Assembly: GCA_014905635.1 (NCBI GenBank)
Contig: JABVCE010000028.1
Location: forward strand, 310,001 to 374,000
From: Scenedesmus sp. PABB004
Lineage: Eukaryota
DNA: 64,000 nt
Direction: 5' to 3'
Below, piece by piece: positions 1 through 10,230 of the stretch. Below the pieces are notes generated by a model, which was not told where the DNA came from, did no database searches, and saw only the letters and a program-made list of their open reading frames with translations. A program made the translations under genes and the position numbers. Positions within the stretch are counted from its first letter, which is position 1; the number at the start of each line of letters is the position of its first letter.

Positions 1-190
1 GTGCCTCATGAGTGTGGCTGTCTTCGGCTGTGCAGGCAACAACGCACCTAGTTGAAGTGGCAGTTCACGCAACGGCAACGGCAACGACCGCACCCTGCGC
101 CTGCACTCCCGCAATTTCAACCGCAAGCGCCGCCGCCGCCGGCGGCGGCGGGCCCGCACGCAAGCTCCGATCGATCGACCGCCGCGGCGC

Positions 191-3046
191 TCACGCGCCG
201 CAGGCGGCGTTCCAGAACGCGCGGCCCCCGGCGTCGCGCCGCGCCGCCGCGTGCGCGCGCGCCGCCGCGTCGGTCAGCGTCTCGCGGTCGGGGCGGTCCA
301 GGTACGTGCGGCCCAGGAAGTCGGCCAGCGCGTACACGTCCTCAAACGTGCTGAGCGCGCCCAGCGACGCGCGCACGCTGCCCGTCGGCAGCTCCACTGG
401 CGCGAGCGCGCCGCCGGGGCCCGTCGCGCGCAGCACGGTGATGAAGCCCAGCGCGCTCACGTTGTGGCTGAGCGTCGCGGCGCGCTCCTGCAAACGCACG
501 GCGGCGGCGGCGCGCCGCCGCGTCGGGCAGGCGCGGCGCGGCGCGGCGGCGGCGGCCGCTGCAGCCGCCGGCGGCGGCGCGCCGGCCCCCGTGGCCGGCC
601 CGCCGCCGCGGGGCGTCGCCCGGGGCGGCAGCGCGCGCGCGCGGGCGCCGGCGGCACGCGGCGCGCACCTCTGCGGGCTTGATGCCGATCGCGCCGTAGC
701 ACGCGCCTGGGTTGCAGTGGCACCCGGTGCGCAGGTGGAGGCCCGCGTCGGCGGCGGCGGCCTCAACGGCGAGGAAGGGGACCACTGAGCCGTTGGGCGA
801 GTGGACCAAAAACTCAAACGTCGCGCTCTGGCGCTCCGGCGTAGCGTGCGCGCCGAAGATGGTCAGTAGCGGCTGTCCCCCGCGGTGGACGAGGCGGGAG
901 AGCGCGCCGTAGGTCCAGGCCTGCAGCGCGCGCACGTGGCGGTGCACCGCCTGCGCGGCGCGGTCGACCGCGCGCGGGCGGGCGGGCGGGCGGGCGGGCG
1001 GGCGGGCGAGCGGGCGGGCGGGCGGGCGGGCGCGTCGGCGGCGCCGTCGTGGCGGCGCCGTCGTGGCGGCGCCGCCGCCGGGGTGGCCGCCGCGCGGCGC
1101 TGCTGGGCGCGGCGGCGGCGGGCGCGCGCACGTCCATGCCGCCGAGCGTGTCGATGAGGTCGAAGCCAAACTGCAGCTGCGCGATTCCCTGGAAGTGGAT
1201 CGTGCCGTCCTGCAGCGCCGCGGGGAAGGGGGAGAGCACGCGCCACACGTCCTGCGCCGTCGCGTCGTCTACGGCGCCGCCGCCGAAGTAGACCTTGTGC
1301 AGCAGCGCCGCCGACGAGCGGCGCACGACGAGCGCGCCGAGGCCTGGCCGCGCGGCGCGGGCGGCGCGGCGCGGCCGGGCGTGCGGCGGTCGGCGCGGCG
1401 CGGCGCGGCGCGGCGCGGGGCCCCGCCCTCCATCGGGCCGCCGGCGCCCCGCCCTATGAAGGAGGCCTCCTGCATCAGGGGCTCCGCCGCGGGGCTCTCA
1501 CCGGTGGGGAAGCCCATGACTTTGTAAAAGGACAGCGCCACAAAGTCGGCGGGCACCACGCTGAGGTCGAGGCGGTGCGTCGGCGCAAAGGCGGCGGCGT
1601 CGAGCAGCACCAGCCAGCGGTGCGCGGGCGTCGACTTGGCGTGCACCTGCGGCGCGGGCGGCGGCGAGTCGCGGCGCGCGGCGCGCCGCGGGCGCCGGTC
1701 GCCGCGGCCGCGGCGCGCGCCGCGGCGGCTGGCGCGGCGGCGGCTGGCGCGGCGCGGCGCGGCGCACCTGGCGCACCCACTCCAGCGGGAAGAGCACGCC
1801 CGCGTAGTTGTCCTTGGCCGGGTAGGCCACGAGGCTGAAGCGCGCCGGCGCCTCCTCGCCGACGCCGCCGGCCGGGCGCGCAGGCGCGCCGCGCGGCGGC
1901 GGCGGCTCCGCCAGCCACGCCGCCATCGCGGGCTCGTCGACGCAGTGCAGCGCCGCGCCGCGGTCCTTGGCGTACGCGCCGACGCCGAGGACGCTCTTGT
2001 GGTTGGCCCGCGTGTACACGAAGTGGCTCCGCGCCCCGCCGCCGCCCTCGGCGTCGTCGTCGTCGTCGATGCGCAGCGGCTTGCCGCAGCTGCTCACGGT
2101 GCCCACGACGTCGTCGGTCACGCCGCCGGGGGGCGTGGACGTCGGGCAGGTCCAGTCCGGGCTGGCTGACCAGGGGAAGTACTCGCCGACCATCTTGAGC
2201 GACTCGGTCGCGCCCCTGCGCGGCGCGGCGCGGCGCGGCGCGCGGTCGGCGCGCGGCCCACACGGGCGCCAGCGGAGGGGGCCTGGCGCGCGCGCGGCCG
2301 GGCGGCCAGCCCCGCGGCGTGCCGCGCCGCACCGCGTCCAGACCAGGTCGTATTCGTCGTCGCCCGCGCCCAGCCACGCGAGCACGCGCCGCCGCGCGGC
2401 CTCCTCCGCCCGCGCCGCGCGCAGGGAGCTGGGGTTGCGGCTGTGCGGGTTGCCCCACGCCGACTCGGCGAGCAGCGCCGTCGCGGCCGCGAGCTGGCTG
2501 TCGGCGTACTGCGCTGCGCCGGTATGATCGAGATAATGCTGGCCTGGCAGCCGCACGCCGACCTCGGCCTCCCAGTGCTCGTCGGTCCAGCCGCCGTAGC
2601 CGTACTCGGGGTGCGCCTTCAGGAAGGCAGCCTTGGCCTCGGGCAGCGGCGGCAGCCTGGCCGCCGCGGCCGGCCGCAGCGCGCCGCCCTCGTCGCCGCC
2701 CGCGCGCGGCGCCGCCGGCCTGGCCGGCGGCGCGGAGCGCCCCCCGAGCCGCTTGATCAGCCCGGGGAGGCCGCCCGGGCGCGCGTACCACGGCGCCCGC
2801 GAGGCTGCGGCGCGCAGCGCAGCGCCGGCGGCGCGCACGCGGCGGCGGCGTCATGAGTGCGAGCGGCCAGCGCGCCGTCCCCACGGGTGCACCGCACCGC
2901 CAGATGTGCCCACAGCGGCGAGCGGGCCAACGGAAAGCGCAGCTGGCGCTGGGGGGCGGGCGCATCGCACCTGCTGCTGTGCCGAGCACCGCCAGCACCA
3001 GGAGCAGGCTGCGCGCCGCGGCGCTGCGCCCCACGGCCGGACGCAT
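191..3046 (-). CDS. Molybdenum cofactor sulfurase-like PLP-dependent enzyme (NifS-like domain only), with N-terminal signal peptide; multi-exon
   Basis: Spliced exons give YLDHTGAAQY, GNPHS, GATESLKMVGEYFPW, NHKSVLGV, VLLDAAAF, DFVALSFYKVMGFPTG (PLP Lys), YFGGG, QDGTIHF, LRTGCHCNPGAC (persulfide Cys) and GSVRASLG. ATG at 3046 starts MRPAVGRSAAARSLLLVLAVLGTAAA. Stop at 191, no MOSC domain follows. Confidence 0.85.
975..1031. repeat. (GGGC)n microsatellite in an intron of the MOCOS-like gene
   Basis: Run of gggc units with one interruption. Confidence 0.9.
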
Positions 3047-3086
3047 CGTTCCCCGCGCGCTGCGCGCCGGTGGCTGCCGCGTGGCC

Positions 3087-3816
3087 GGCGGGGCTGGCTG
3101 GGCGAGCTGCTGACCGCGTGCGTGCGCGTCGGCGCGCTGTGTGAGGCGGCGCGCCGCGCCGCGTTCCGCGCTCGGGATCGGCGCTGCAGCGCGCGTGGCG
3201 CGGCTGCGCGGCGCGGGCTGGCGTCGCCGCGGCGGTGTCGGCGTGGAACCTGGAAAAGTGGGGTCGGGTGTGTGCGGCGACGGGCGCGCGCGGAGGGAGG
3301 CGGGGCGCCTGAAACCGTGCCCCTGCCGGCGCTGAGCTTGCCGCCAACGCCCGCCCACCGGCCGCCGCTCGCCGCCGGCCCGCGCGCTGCACCGCGGCCT
3401 GCTGCACCGCCGTCGTGTCTCGCGCCACCACCACAGCTCCGCGCCGCCGGCGGCGGGGCTGGGGCCCGAGAGCGCGCGTCCCGCGCCGGCGCGCGCAGGC
3501 TGCCGCCGCCGGCGGCGGCACCGCGCCGGCGGCCGCGGCCGCTGCCGTGGCGGTCACCGCGCGTCGCGCCGCGGCGACCGCGCCGCGCCGCGGGCGTGCT
3601 GGGCGCGCCAGGGCGCGGCGCCAGTCCGTTGGTCAAGCGAGCCTGGCAGTGCGCGCCACGGCGCGCAGGAGCCCCGGCGGCGCCCGCGCGCGCGACGGGA
3701 GCTCGCCGGTGCTGAGCCGCGCGTCCCGGGCGCGCCGCTGCGCCGGGGGCGGCCTCGCGGGGCGCTGTCACCGGGCGGCACCGAAGGCTTCTGCGCCGCT
3801 TCGAAGCCCGCCCGCT
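3087..3816 (+). repeat. 730-bp direct repeat, copy 1 (partner 8852-9581)
   Basis: Both ends align at a constant offset of 5765, so no net indel; about 3 substitutions seen by eye. Confidence 0.95.
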
Positions 3817-3844
3817 TTGCCGCGCCGATCAGTGGTGTCAGCGT

Positions 3845-3990
3845 TGGTAATCTAGCAATCTGGGTAGTCTGGGGAGTAAGCTTTTGCGGGCCGGTAATCT
3901 GCACAGAGTACGGTTTTTTGAACGCTGGTGGGCTGTCTTAATCTGGCACAGCAGGCCGGCGGTTGCGCCGCCCTGGCCCAGATTGAGCGT
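3845..3990 (+). promoter_or_regulatory. AT-enriched putative promoter with clustered AATCT/AGATT motifs and one TTTGAA
   Basis: AATCT at 3849, 3857, 3896 and 3940, AGATT at 3980, TTTGAA at 3917; about 300-430 bp upstream of ATG 4276. Confidence 0.4.
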
Positions 3991-4275
3991 CTGCGGGCTC
4001 ATACTCTGGCTGGAGTAGGCCCCACAGCAACGCTGACACCACTGGCGCCGATTTGACACGAGGGAGACGAGCGGGCGACTCGAACGGGCGGGTGACAGCT
4101 GGCGTGCTCCAGCCAGGCCCATGGCTCACAGACGCGTCCGGTGCATTGCCAGGAGACGGGCGCGCTCACGCCAGGGCGCCAGGGGCGCAGCAGCCGGCGG
4201 CGCGCAGCCAACCGCCGGCGCTGCGCGGCGAGGCGCTGGATCTTGGCCCTCCATGCCTGCACGCACTCGCTGAAC

Positions 4276-7200
4276 ATGGCTGACAGCGATCTTCATCCAC
4301 GGGGCGACCGGCGCGGCGCGGCGCCGGCCGCTGAGCATGTGCCGAGCTACCTGCGGCCGACGCGGGCCTCCCAGAGCCGCGCCGCGGCCGTGAGGCGCGC
4401 GTCTGGCGCGGCGGCGCACGACGCGCACGCTCACGGCGACGCCGTGATCAGCGCAGCGCCACCGCGCGGCCGGCGCAGCAGCGTGGCGCCGGCGGCCGCT
4501 GCCGCCGACGGCGCGGCTGGCCGGCCGGCGCCGCCCGCAGCGCAGGCCGTCGCGCCGGCCCGCGGCAGCGGGGCCGTGCAGAAGCAACCCGGCGGCGCGA
4601 GCCCCAGGCGCCGCGCGAGCCAGGCGCCGTCGGGCCGGCCTGCCAGCGGGCCGCGCGTGTCGCTGGCCGTCGCTGCGGCGACGGCGGCGGCGGACGTCGA
4701 GCGCTCCGAGGTGGCTCGCCTGGGCTCGCCGCTCCGCGGGCGCTCGCCGCTGCGCGCTGCGCGGCCGCCCGCGTGCTCGCGCCGCTCGAGCGCGCCCTCC
4801 GGCGCCTCTGCGGCGGGCGCCGGCACCGGCGCGCGCAGCGCGGCGCCGCGAGCGCCGGCGCCCGAGCCGGCGGCGTCGCCGGAGCCGGCGCCGGCGCCCG
4901 AGCCGGCGGCGTCGCCGGAGCCGGCGCAGGCTGCGGCCACCCCCGACGCTGCGCCGCGCTGCTTCACGCTGCTGGTCACGCCAGGCGGGCCGAGCTGGCC
5001 CGCCAACGCGCGGGAGGGGCTGGTGCCTTACAGCGTCACGCCCCCGCCCGCCAAGGCCCGCACGGCCGGCGCGCCGCCGGCAGGCCAGGCGGGCAGCCAC
5101 GGCTGCGCCGCGGCGCCGGCGGCGGCGGCGCGCCGGCAGAGCCCGCTGCGGGAGGCGCGCACCCCCGCCCAGCCCGCGCCTGGCCACGCCGGCGGCGCGC
5201 GCGGCGCCGCCCCCGCGCCGTCTTCCATCCTGGAAGTCGCTGCGGCGCAGCCCGGGCGCGCCTCGTCGCGCGCCGGCGGCTCCGCGGGCGGCGCCGCGCC
5301 GAGCGCGGCCGCGGCGCCCACGAGGCCGGCGAGCCAAGGCGGCGGGTCGCGCGCGGCCAGCCGCCGCGCGAGCGCAGCCAGCAGTGGCGGCGGCACGAGC
5401 AGGCGCGGCTCTGCACAGGGGGCCGCCCCCGGCGCGGCCGCTGGACGGCGCGCCGCGCCTGGGGGCGCGGCGAGCCCCCGCCTCGTTCCGCGCCTGGCGC
5501 TCGCGCAGGCCGCGGCCGCCGCGGCGGAGGCTGAGCACGCGGCCGAGGCGGCCGCGCTGACGGCGCAAGCCGCAGCGCTCGAGGCGCTGGCGCAGGTCGC
5601 CGCGGATGCCGATGCCGCTGCGGCGGTGGTGGCGCAGGAGGCGGCAGCCGAGGCGGCCGAAGCAGCTGCAGAGGCAGCCGCTCGGGCGGCGGCAGAGGCG
5701 GCAGCACGCGAGGCTGCAGAGGCGGCAGCACACGAGGCTGCAGAGGCGGCAGCGCGGGCAGCGGCAGAGGCGGCAGCGCGGGAGGCGGCAGAGGCGGCAG
5801 CGCGGGAGGCGGCAGCGCGCGAGGCGGCAGAGGCAGCAGCGCGGGCAGCGGCAGAGGCGGCAGCGCGGGAGGCAGCAGAAACGGCAGCGCGCGAGGCGGC
5901 AGAGGCGGCAGCGCGCGAGGCGGCAGAGGCAGCCACACGAGAGGCGGCGCGGCAGGAGGCGGAGGCTGCGCTCGCCGCAGAGGCAGCCGCCGTGGCCGCT
6001 GCGGCGGCACGGGCGGCAGCTGACGAGCAGCTGGCCGTGGAGGCGGCGGCGGCGGCGGCCTCGCTGGCAGCGCAGGCAGAGGCCGTGTCGCCGCGCTCGC
6101 TCGCGGCCGGCGGCAGCCCCGCGGCCGCCCCAAGCGCCAGCCCCCGGCGCAGCCGCACGCCCGGCCGGTCGCCGGCGCGCACGGCGCAGATGGCAGCGCA
6201 GCTGCAGGACCTGAGCGTGAGCTGGAGCAGCTACAAGACAGCGCGCGAGGCGAGCCCGGCGCCGCACTCCGCCGCGCGCAGCCCGGGCCGCGGCGTGCGC
6301 GCGTCGACGCCCGCGTGGTGCCCCGGCGGCAGCCCCGAGCCGCGCGCGCAGGCGTCGACGTCGCCGCGCGGCCGCGCCCCGTCGCAGCGCAGCGCCCGCG
6401 CCGGCAGCTGCGCGTCGGTGGAGGCCATCGCGGCGCAGCACAAGCAGCTGCAGGCCACCTGGGACAGCATCAAGGAGGCCACCCCCCTGCCGCGCAGCGC
6501 GCGGCGCGCGCAGGCGGGCGGCCAGCCCCTGCGCGCGTCGTCGCCCACACCGCTGCGCAGCGCCCTGGCCGGCGAGGGCGAGGGCGAGCGCGCGGCGCCC
6601 CTGGCCGGCGAGGGCGAGCGCGCGGCGCCCGCCGCGGCTGCCGGCGTCAAGCGCCGCCTGCCCGGCAGCATGCTGCTGGCGAGCGCCGCGCACGTGGGGG
6701 GCGTCGCGGCGACAGCCTCGGCTGCGGCGCCCGGCCGCAGCGCCGTCGCAAGGGCCAGCACGCCCACCGTCCTCGGCAGCCAGCGGTGCGCCGGCGCGGC
6801 CGCCGGCGCTCGCAGCGCCAGCAACCGGAGCAGGCCTGCGGCGCAGCCCCAGCCCGAGGCGCCCAGCCCCGCGCCGGCCGGCCTGGCAAGCGTGGACGTG
6901 GAGGAGGCGTGGGGCTCAGTGGCGCAGTGGTGCGCGCCCAGCCCGGGGCAGTCGCCCACGCCAGCGCAGCCACGCCGGGCGCCCGGCGCGGCAGCGCCTG
7001 ATGGCAGTCCGGCACGCGGCGGCCGCGCGGCGCCCGCCGTGAGCGGCAGTTCGCCGCGTGCCGAGCTGCCGGCCGCCGGGGGCGCCTCCGGCGCGTCGCC
7101 GGCCGTCACGGCCGCGCACGCCGAGGCGTGCTCGCCCGCGCTGCAGGCGGCACGCGGGCGCCGCGCCCCGGTGGCGCCGCCCGCTGGCTCGCCGGCGATC

Positions 7201-8802
7201 CCGGCGGGCGCTGACATTGAGTGCGTGGCGGAGCGCCTGGCTGCGTGGTCCATTCGGCAGTTCCAGCACAGCGCCAGCACCGCCAGCACTGCCAGCGGCC
7301 AGGGCCGCTCCAGCCCCGCGAGCGTGCGCGGTGGCGGCAGCGTGGGCAGCGGCGGCAGCGCCTGGCGGCGCAGCAGGGCGGGGGCCAAGCCTGGCCGCGG
7401 CGGCGCGGCCGCGCCCTCACGCGCCGCGGCCGACGGCTCGCCCACGCTGTGCTGGATGCTGCCGGCCAGCCCGGGCACGGTGGAGGGCGGCAAGGCGGCC
7501 AGCTCTCTGCCCGCGGGCGAGGCTGGGGGCAGCGACAGCGGCTGCGGCGACGTGGACCCGCAGCAGGCGTCGTGGCTGGTGTTTGCCGCCGGCGCGGGCC
7601 AGGGCGGCGCGAGCCAGGGCGGCGCTGCGGCGCCGCGCTTCCGCCTTTCGGGTGTTGGCGCGCCAGCCGGCAGCGCCGGCGGCGCCGGCGCGGGCGGGCT
7701 GGAGCTGGGCGGGGAGGGGCGGCCGTCCGGCCGGCGCGCGCGCGCGCGCCCGCTGGGCACGCTGATGCTCAGCCCCCCGGGCAGCCTGTCCGGCGCAGAC
7801 CCGGCGGCCGCGGCGGCGGGCGAGCGCGCGGCCAGCCCCGCGGGGAGCGATGCGTTCTTCACCCCGCTGGCGGCCACGCCCGGCGCCACGCCCGGCCGCG
7901 CCACGCCCGGCGCGGCGGCGACGCCGGGCACGGGCGCCAGCCGGCTGGCCGCCGGGGCCGACAGCGGCGGTGCGACCGCGGCCGCCACGCAGGCCCCGGA
8001 CAGGTTCTTCACGCCTGCTGACGGCCTCGCTGCGGGCGACGCGGCCGGCGCGCCGACGCCCGGCAGCAGCGGCAGCAGCCTGAGCCCGCGCCCGGCGGCC
8101 GTGGCGGCGGCGGCGGCGGCGAGCGAGGGGGCGCCGGCGGACGCCTCGTGCTCCAAGCGCCAGCGGCTGGCTAGCGCGGGCGCGGGCGCCAGCGGCGCCG
8201 CAGCAGCCGCGCCCGAGCCTCCCGCGGTGGTCTCGCGGCGCCTGCTGGGCCAGTTTGATGCAGCGGGCGCGGCGGCCAGCCCCGCCAGCGCCGGCCCCGG
8301 CGACGCGACGCCGCCATCCCTGCCGCTCGCGACGCCCGTGGCGGGCCGTGGCGCGGCGGGCGCCAAGTCGCCCGGCGCGCTGCTCGCGGCGTTCTCGCCG
8401 CTCCTCAGGAGCGTCTCCGGCGGCGGCTTTGGCGCGCTGTCAGCGCGCAAGACGCCGCACATCAGCGGCGGCGCGCGGCGGGTGCTGGCGGAGCCCGCGC
8501 CAGGCGAGGAGGAGCCGGCGCGCGGCGGCGGCGTGCGCCGGAGCCCCCGGCTCGCCGGCGTGGCAGGCACGCTGGCCGGGGGGAACAGTGCCAAGGCAGT
8601 CGCCGCCCCGGCGGCGCCCGCGCCGGCGCACAGCAGCGGCGACGGCGCGGCCTGGCTGGCGGCCGGCCAGCTCAAGCACGGTGCGCACGCGTTCGCGTCG
8701 CCGCCGCCCAAGGACCAGGACCAGCAGCTGCACCTCGACGGGGCCGGCGACGGGCTGCCCGCCTCGCTGGACACGAGCTACGTCACCACCCGGCGCCGGT
8801 GA
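4276..8802 (+). CDS. Intronless 1508-aa Ala/Pro/Ser-rich protein with a central EAAAR helical repeat; function unknown
   Basis: One open frame from ATG 4276 with coding-like GC3 bias. Motifs VPSYLRPTRAS, many S/T-P-x-R sites, RRVLAE, RRSPRL. Confidence 0.7.
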   Translation: MADSDLHPRGDRRGAAPAAEHVPSYLRPTRASQSRAAAVRRASGAAAHDAHAHGDAVISAAPPRGRRSSVAPAAAAADGAAGRPAPPAAQAVAPARGSGAVQKQPGGASPRRRASQAPSGRPASGPRVSLAVAAATAAADVERSEVARLGSPLRGRSPLRAARPPACSRRSSAPSGASAAGAGTGARSAAPRAPAPEPAASPEPAPAPEPAASPEPAQAAATPDAAPRCFTLLVTPGGPSWPANAREGLVPYSVTPPPAKARTAGAPPAGQAGSHGCAAAPAAAARRQSPLREARTPAQPAPGHAGGARGAAPAPSSILEVAAAQPGRASSRAGGSAGGAAPSAAAAPTRPASQGGGSRAASRRASAASSGGGTSRRGSAQGAAPGAAAGRRAAPGGAASPRLVPRLALAQAAAAAAEAEHAAEAAALTAQAAALEALAQVAADADAAAAVVAQEAAAEAAEAAAEAAARAAAEAAAREAAEAAAHEAAEAAARAAAEAAAREAAEAAAREAAAREAAEAAARAAAEAAAREAAETAAREAAEAAAREAAEAATREAARQEAEAALAAEAAAVAAAAARAAADEQLAVEAAAAAASLAAQAEAVSPRSLAAGGSPAAAPSASPRRSRTPGRSPARTAQMAAQLQDLSVSWSSYKTAREASPAPHSAARSPGRGVRASTPAWCPGGSPEPRAQASTSPRGRAPSQRSARAGSCASVEAIAAQHKQLQATWDSIKEATPLPRSARRAQAGGQPLRASSPTPLRSALAGEGEGERAAPLAGEGERAAPAAAAGVKRRLPGSMLLASAAHVGGVAATASAAAPGRSAVARASTPTVLGSQRCAGAAAGARSASNRSRPAAQPQPEAPSPAPAGLASVDVEEAWGSVAQWCAPSPGQSPTPAQPRRAPGAAAPDGSPARGGRAAPAVSGSSPRAELPAAGGASGASPAVTAAHAEACSPALQAARGRRAPVAPPAGSPAIPAGADIECVAERLAAWSIRQFQHSASTASTASGQGRSSPASVRGGGSVGSGGSAWRRSRAGAKPGRGGAAAPSRAAADGSPTLCWMLPASPGTVEGGKAASSLPAGEAGGSDSGCGDVDPQQASWLVFAAGAGQGGASQGGAAAPRFRLSGVGAPAGSAGGAGAGGLELGGEGRPSGRRARARPLGTLMLSPPGSLSGADPAAAAAGERAASPAGSDAFFTPLAATPGATPGRATPGAAATPGTGASRLAAGADSGGATAAATQAPDRFFTPADGLAAGDAAGAPTPGSSGSSLSPRPAAVAAAAAASEGAPADASCSKRQRLASAGAGASGAAAAAPEPPAVVSRRLLGQFDAAGAAASPASAGPGDATPPSLPLATPVAGRGAAGAKSPGALLAAFSPLLRSVSGGGFGALSARKTPHISGGARRVLAEPAPGEEEPARGGGVRRSPRLAGVAGTLAGGNSAKAVAAPAAPAPAHSSGDGAAWLAAGQLKHGAHAFASPPPKDQDQQLHLDGAGDGLPASLDTSYVTTRRR
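5635..5975 (+). repeat. Coding tandem repeat (EAAAR/EAAE units), predicted helix or coiled coil
   Basis: Degenerate gaggcggcagcgcgg units translate to AAEAAAREAAEAAAR repeats. Confidence 0.85.
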
Positions 8803-8851
8803 GCCGCTGGTGGGCCGCCACCTGCAAGCCGCAGGGCAGCGGCCGTGCGCT

Positions 8852-9581
8852 GGCGGGGCTGGCTGGGCGAGCTGCTGACCGCGTGCGTGCGCGTCGGCGC
8901 GCTGTGTGAGGCGGCGCGCCGCGCCGCGTTCCGCGCTCGGGATCGGCGCTGCAGCGCGCGTGGCGCGGCTGCGCGGCGCGGGCTGGCGTCGCCGCGGCGG
9001 TGTCGGCGTGGAACCTGGAAAAGTGGGGTCGGGTGTGTGCGGCGACGGGCGCGCGCGGAGGGAGGCGGGGCGCCTGAAACCGTGCCCCTGCCGGCGCTGA
9101 GCTTGCCGCCAACGCCCGCCCACCGGCCGCCGCTCGCCGCCGGCCCGCGCGCTGCACCGCGGCCTGCTGCACCGCCGTCGTGTCTCGCGCCACCACCACA
9201 GCTCCGCGCCGCCGGCGGCGGGGCTGGGGCCCGAGAGCGCGCGTCCCGCGCCGGCGCGCGCAGGCTGCCGCCGCCGGCGGCGGCACCGCGCCGGCGGCCG
9301 CGGCCGCTGCCGTGGCGGTCACCGCGCGTCGCGCCGCGGCGACCGCGCCGCGCCGCGGGCGCGCTGGGCGCGCCAGGGCGCGGCGCCAGTCCGTTGGTCA
9401 AGCGAGCCTGGCAGTGCGCGCCACGGCGCGCAGGAGCCCCGGCGGCGCCCGCGCGCGCGGCGGGAGCTCGCCGGTGCTGAGCCGCGCGTCCCCGGCGCGC
9501 CGCTGCGCCGGGGGCGGCCTCGCGGGGCGCTGTCACCGGGCGGCACCGAAGGCTTCTGCGCCGCTTCGAAGCCCGCCCGCT
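8852..9581 (+). repeat. 730-bp direct repeat, copy 2 (partner 3087-3816)
   Basis: Starts ggcggggctggctgggcgagc and ends ttcgaagcccgcccgct, as copy 1 does. Confidence 0.95.
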
Positions 9582-10230
9582 CCCGCTGCTGCGCCCGCCG
9601 CTGCGTCCGCCGGTCCAGACCGAGCATCCGGACGGCACTGTACTCCGCAACCACGCCAGCGCCAGCGGACCGCCGCACTCGCGACCCGCGCGCACGCGCA
9701 CAGTCCGCTCGACGCGCCGCTCAGCGAGGGAATTGGTGATCGTGCCGTGGGATCGTAGGCGCCGCACGGACCCGGGAGCGCGCGTGGCGGCCCCGGCCTT
9801 CAGGCCACCTTCACGCAGTCCGCTTGGCCCGCGCAGGCGAGCCGCCGGACGGAGGCGCGCGACCGCGCAGGAGCTTCAGGTGCGGGCCCTGCATGCTCCC
9901 ACGGCTGCGCTTCGCGCGGCGCGCCGGGGGGCGGCGGATTCACTCGCCAGCGCGATGCGGGGCCCCCGCGCCCCGGCGGGCGCGCCGCAGCGGCAGCGCG
10001 CCGGGCCCGCGACCGGCGCGCGCAGGGGCGCCGCGTTCGCGCGCGCCCGAGCAGCGGCAGCGGCGGTGGCGGCGCCGGCGGCGGCGCGGAAGCAGCGAGG
10101 AGCGGCGAGCACCCAGCCCCCGCGCCGTGCCGCCACCCGCCCGCGCCGCAGGCTAGCACGGGGGGCCGCGGCAGCATGCAGCAGCCCTCCCGCCGCTGTT
10201 GACCGCCGCCGGCGAGAGAGCCGCGGCAGC

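Noticed and set aside
3798..3810. Pol III B-box or SINE (gcttcgaagcc) at the direct-repeat end
   Set aside because: Imperfect match, no A box, cloverleaf or tail; only a short palindrome.
5635..5975. CRISPR-like array
   Set aside because: Degenerate in-frame coding repeat with no unique spacers and no cas genes.
4126..6693. Long antisense or alternative-frame ORFs (also 12839-15964, 27119-30172, 35968-39774)
   Set aside because: Arg/Ala/Gly-rich shadows of real genes, expected from stop-codon scarcity at about 80% GC.
3087..9581. LTR retrotransposon
   Set aside because: No TG..CA ends, primer-binding site or polypurine tract, and no gag, RT, RNase H or integrase motifs in the internal ORF.
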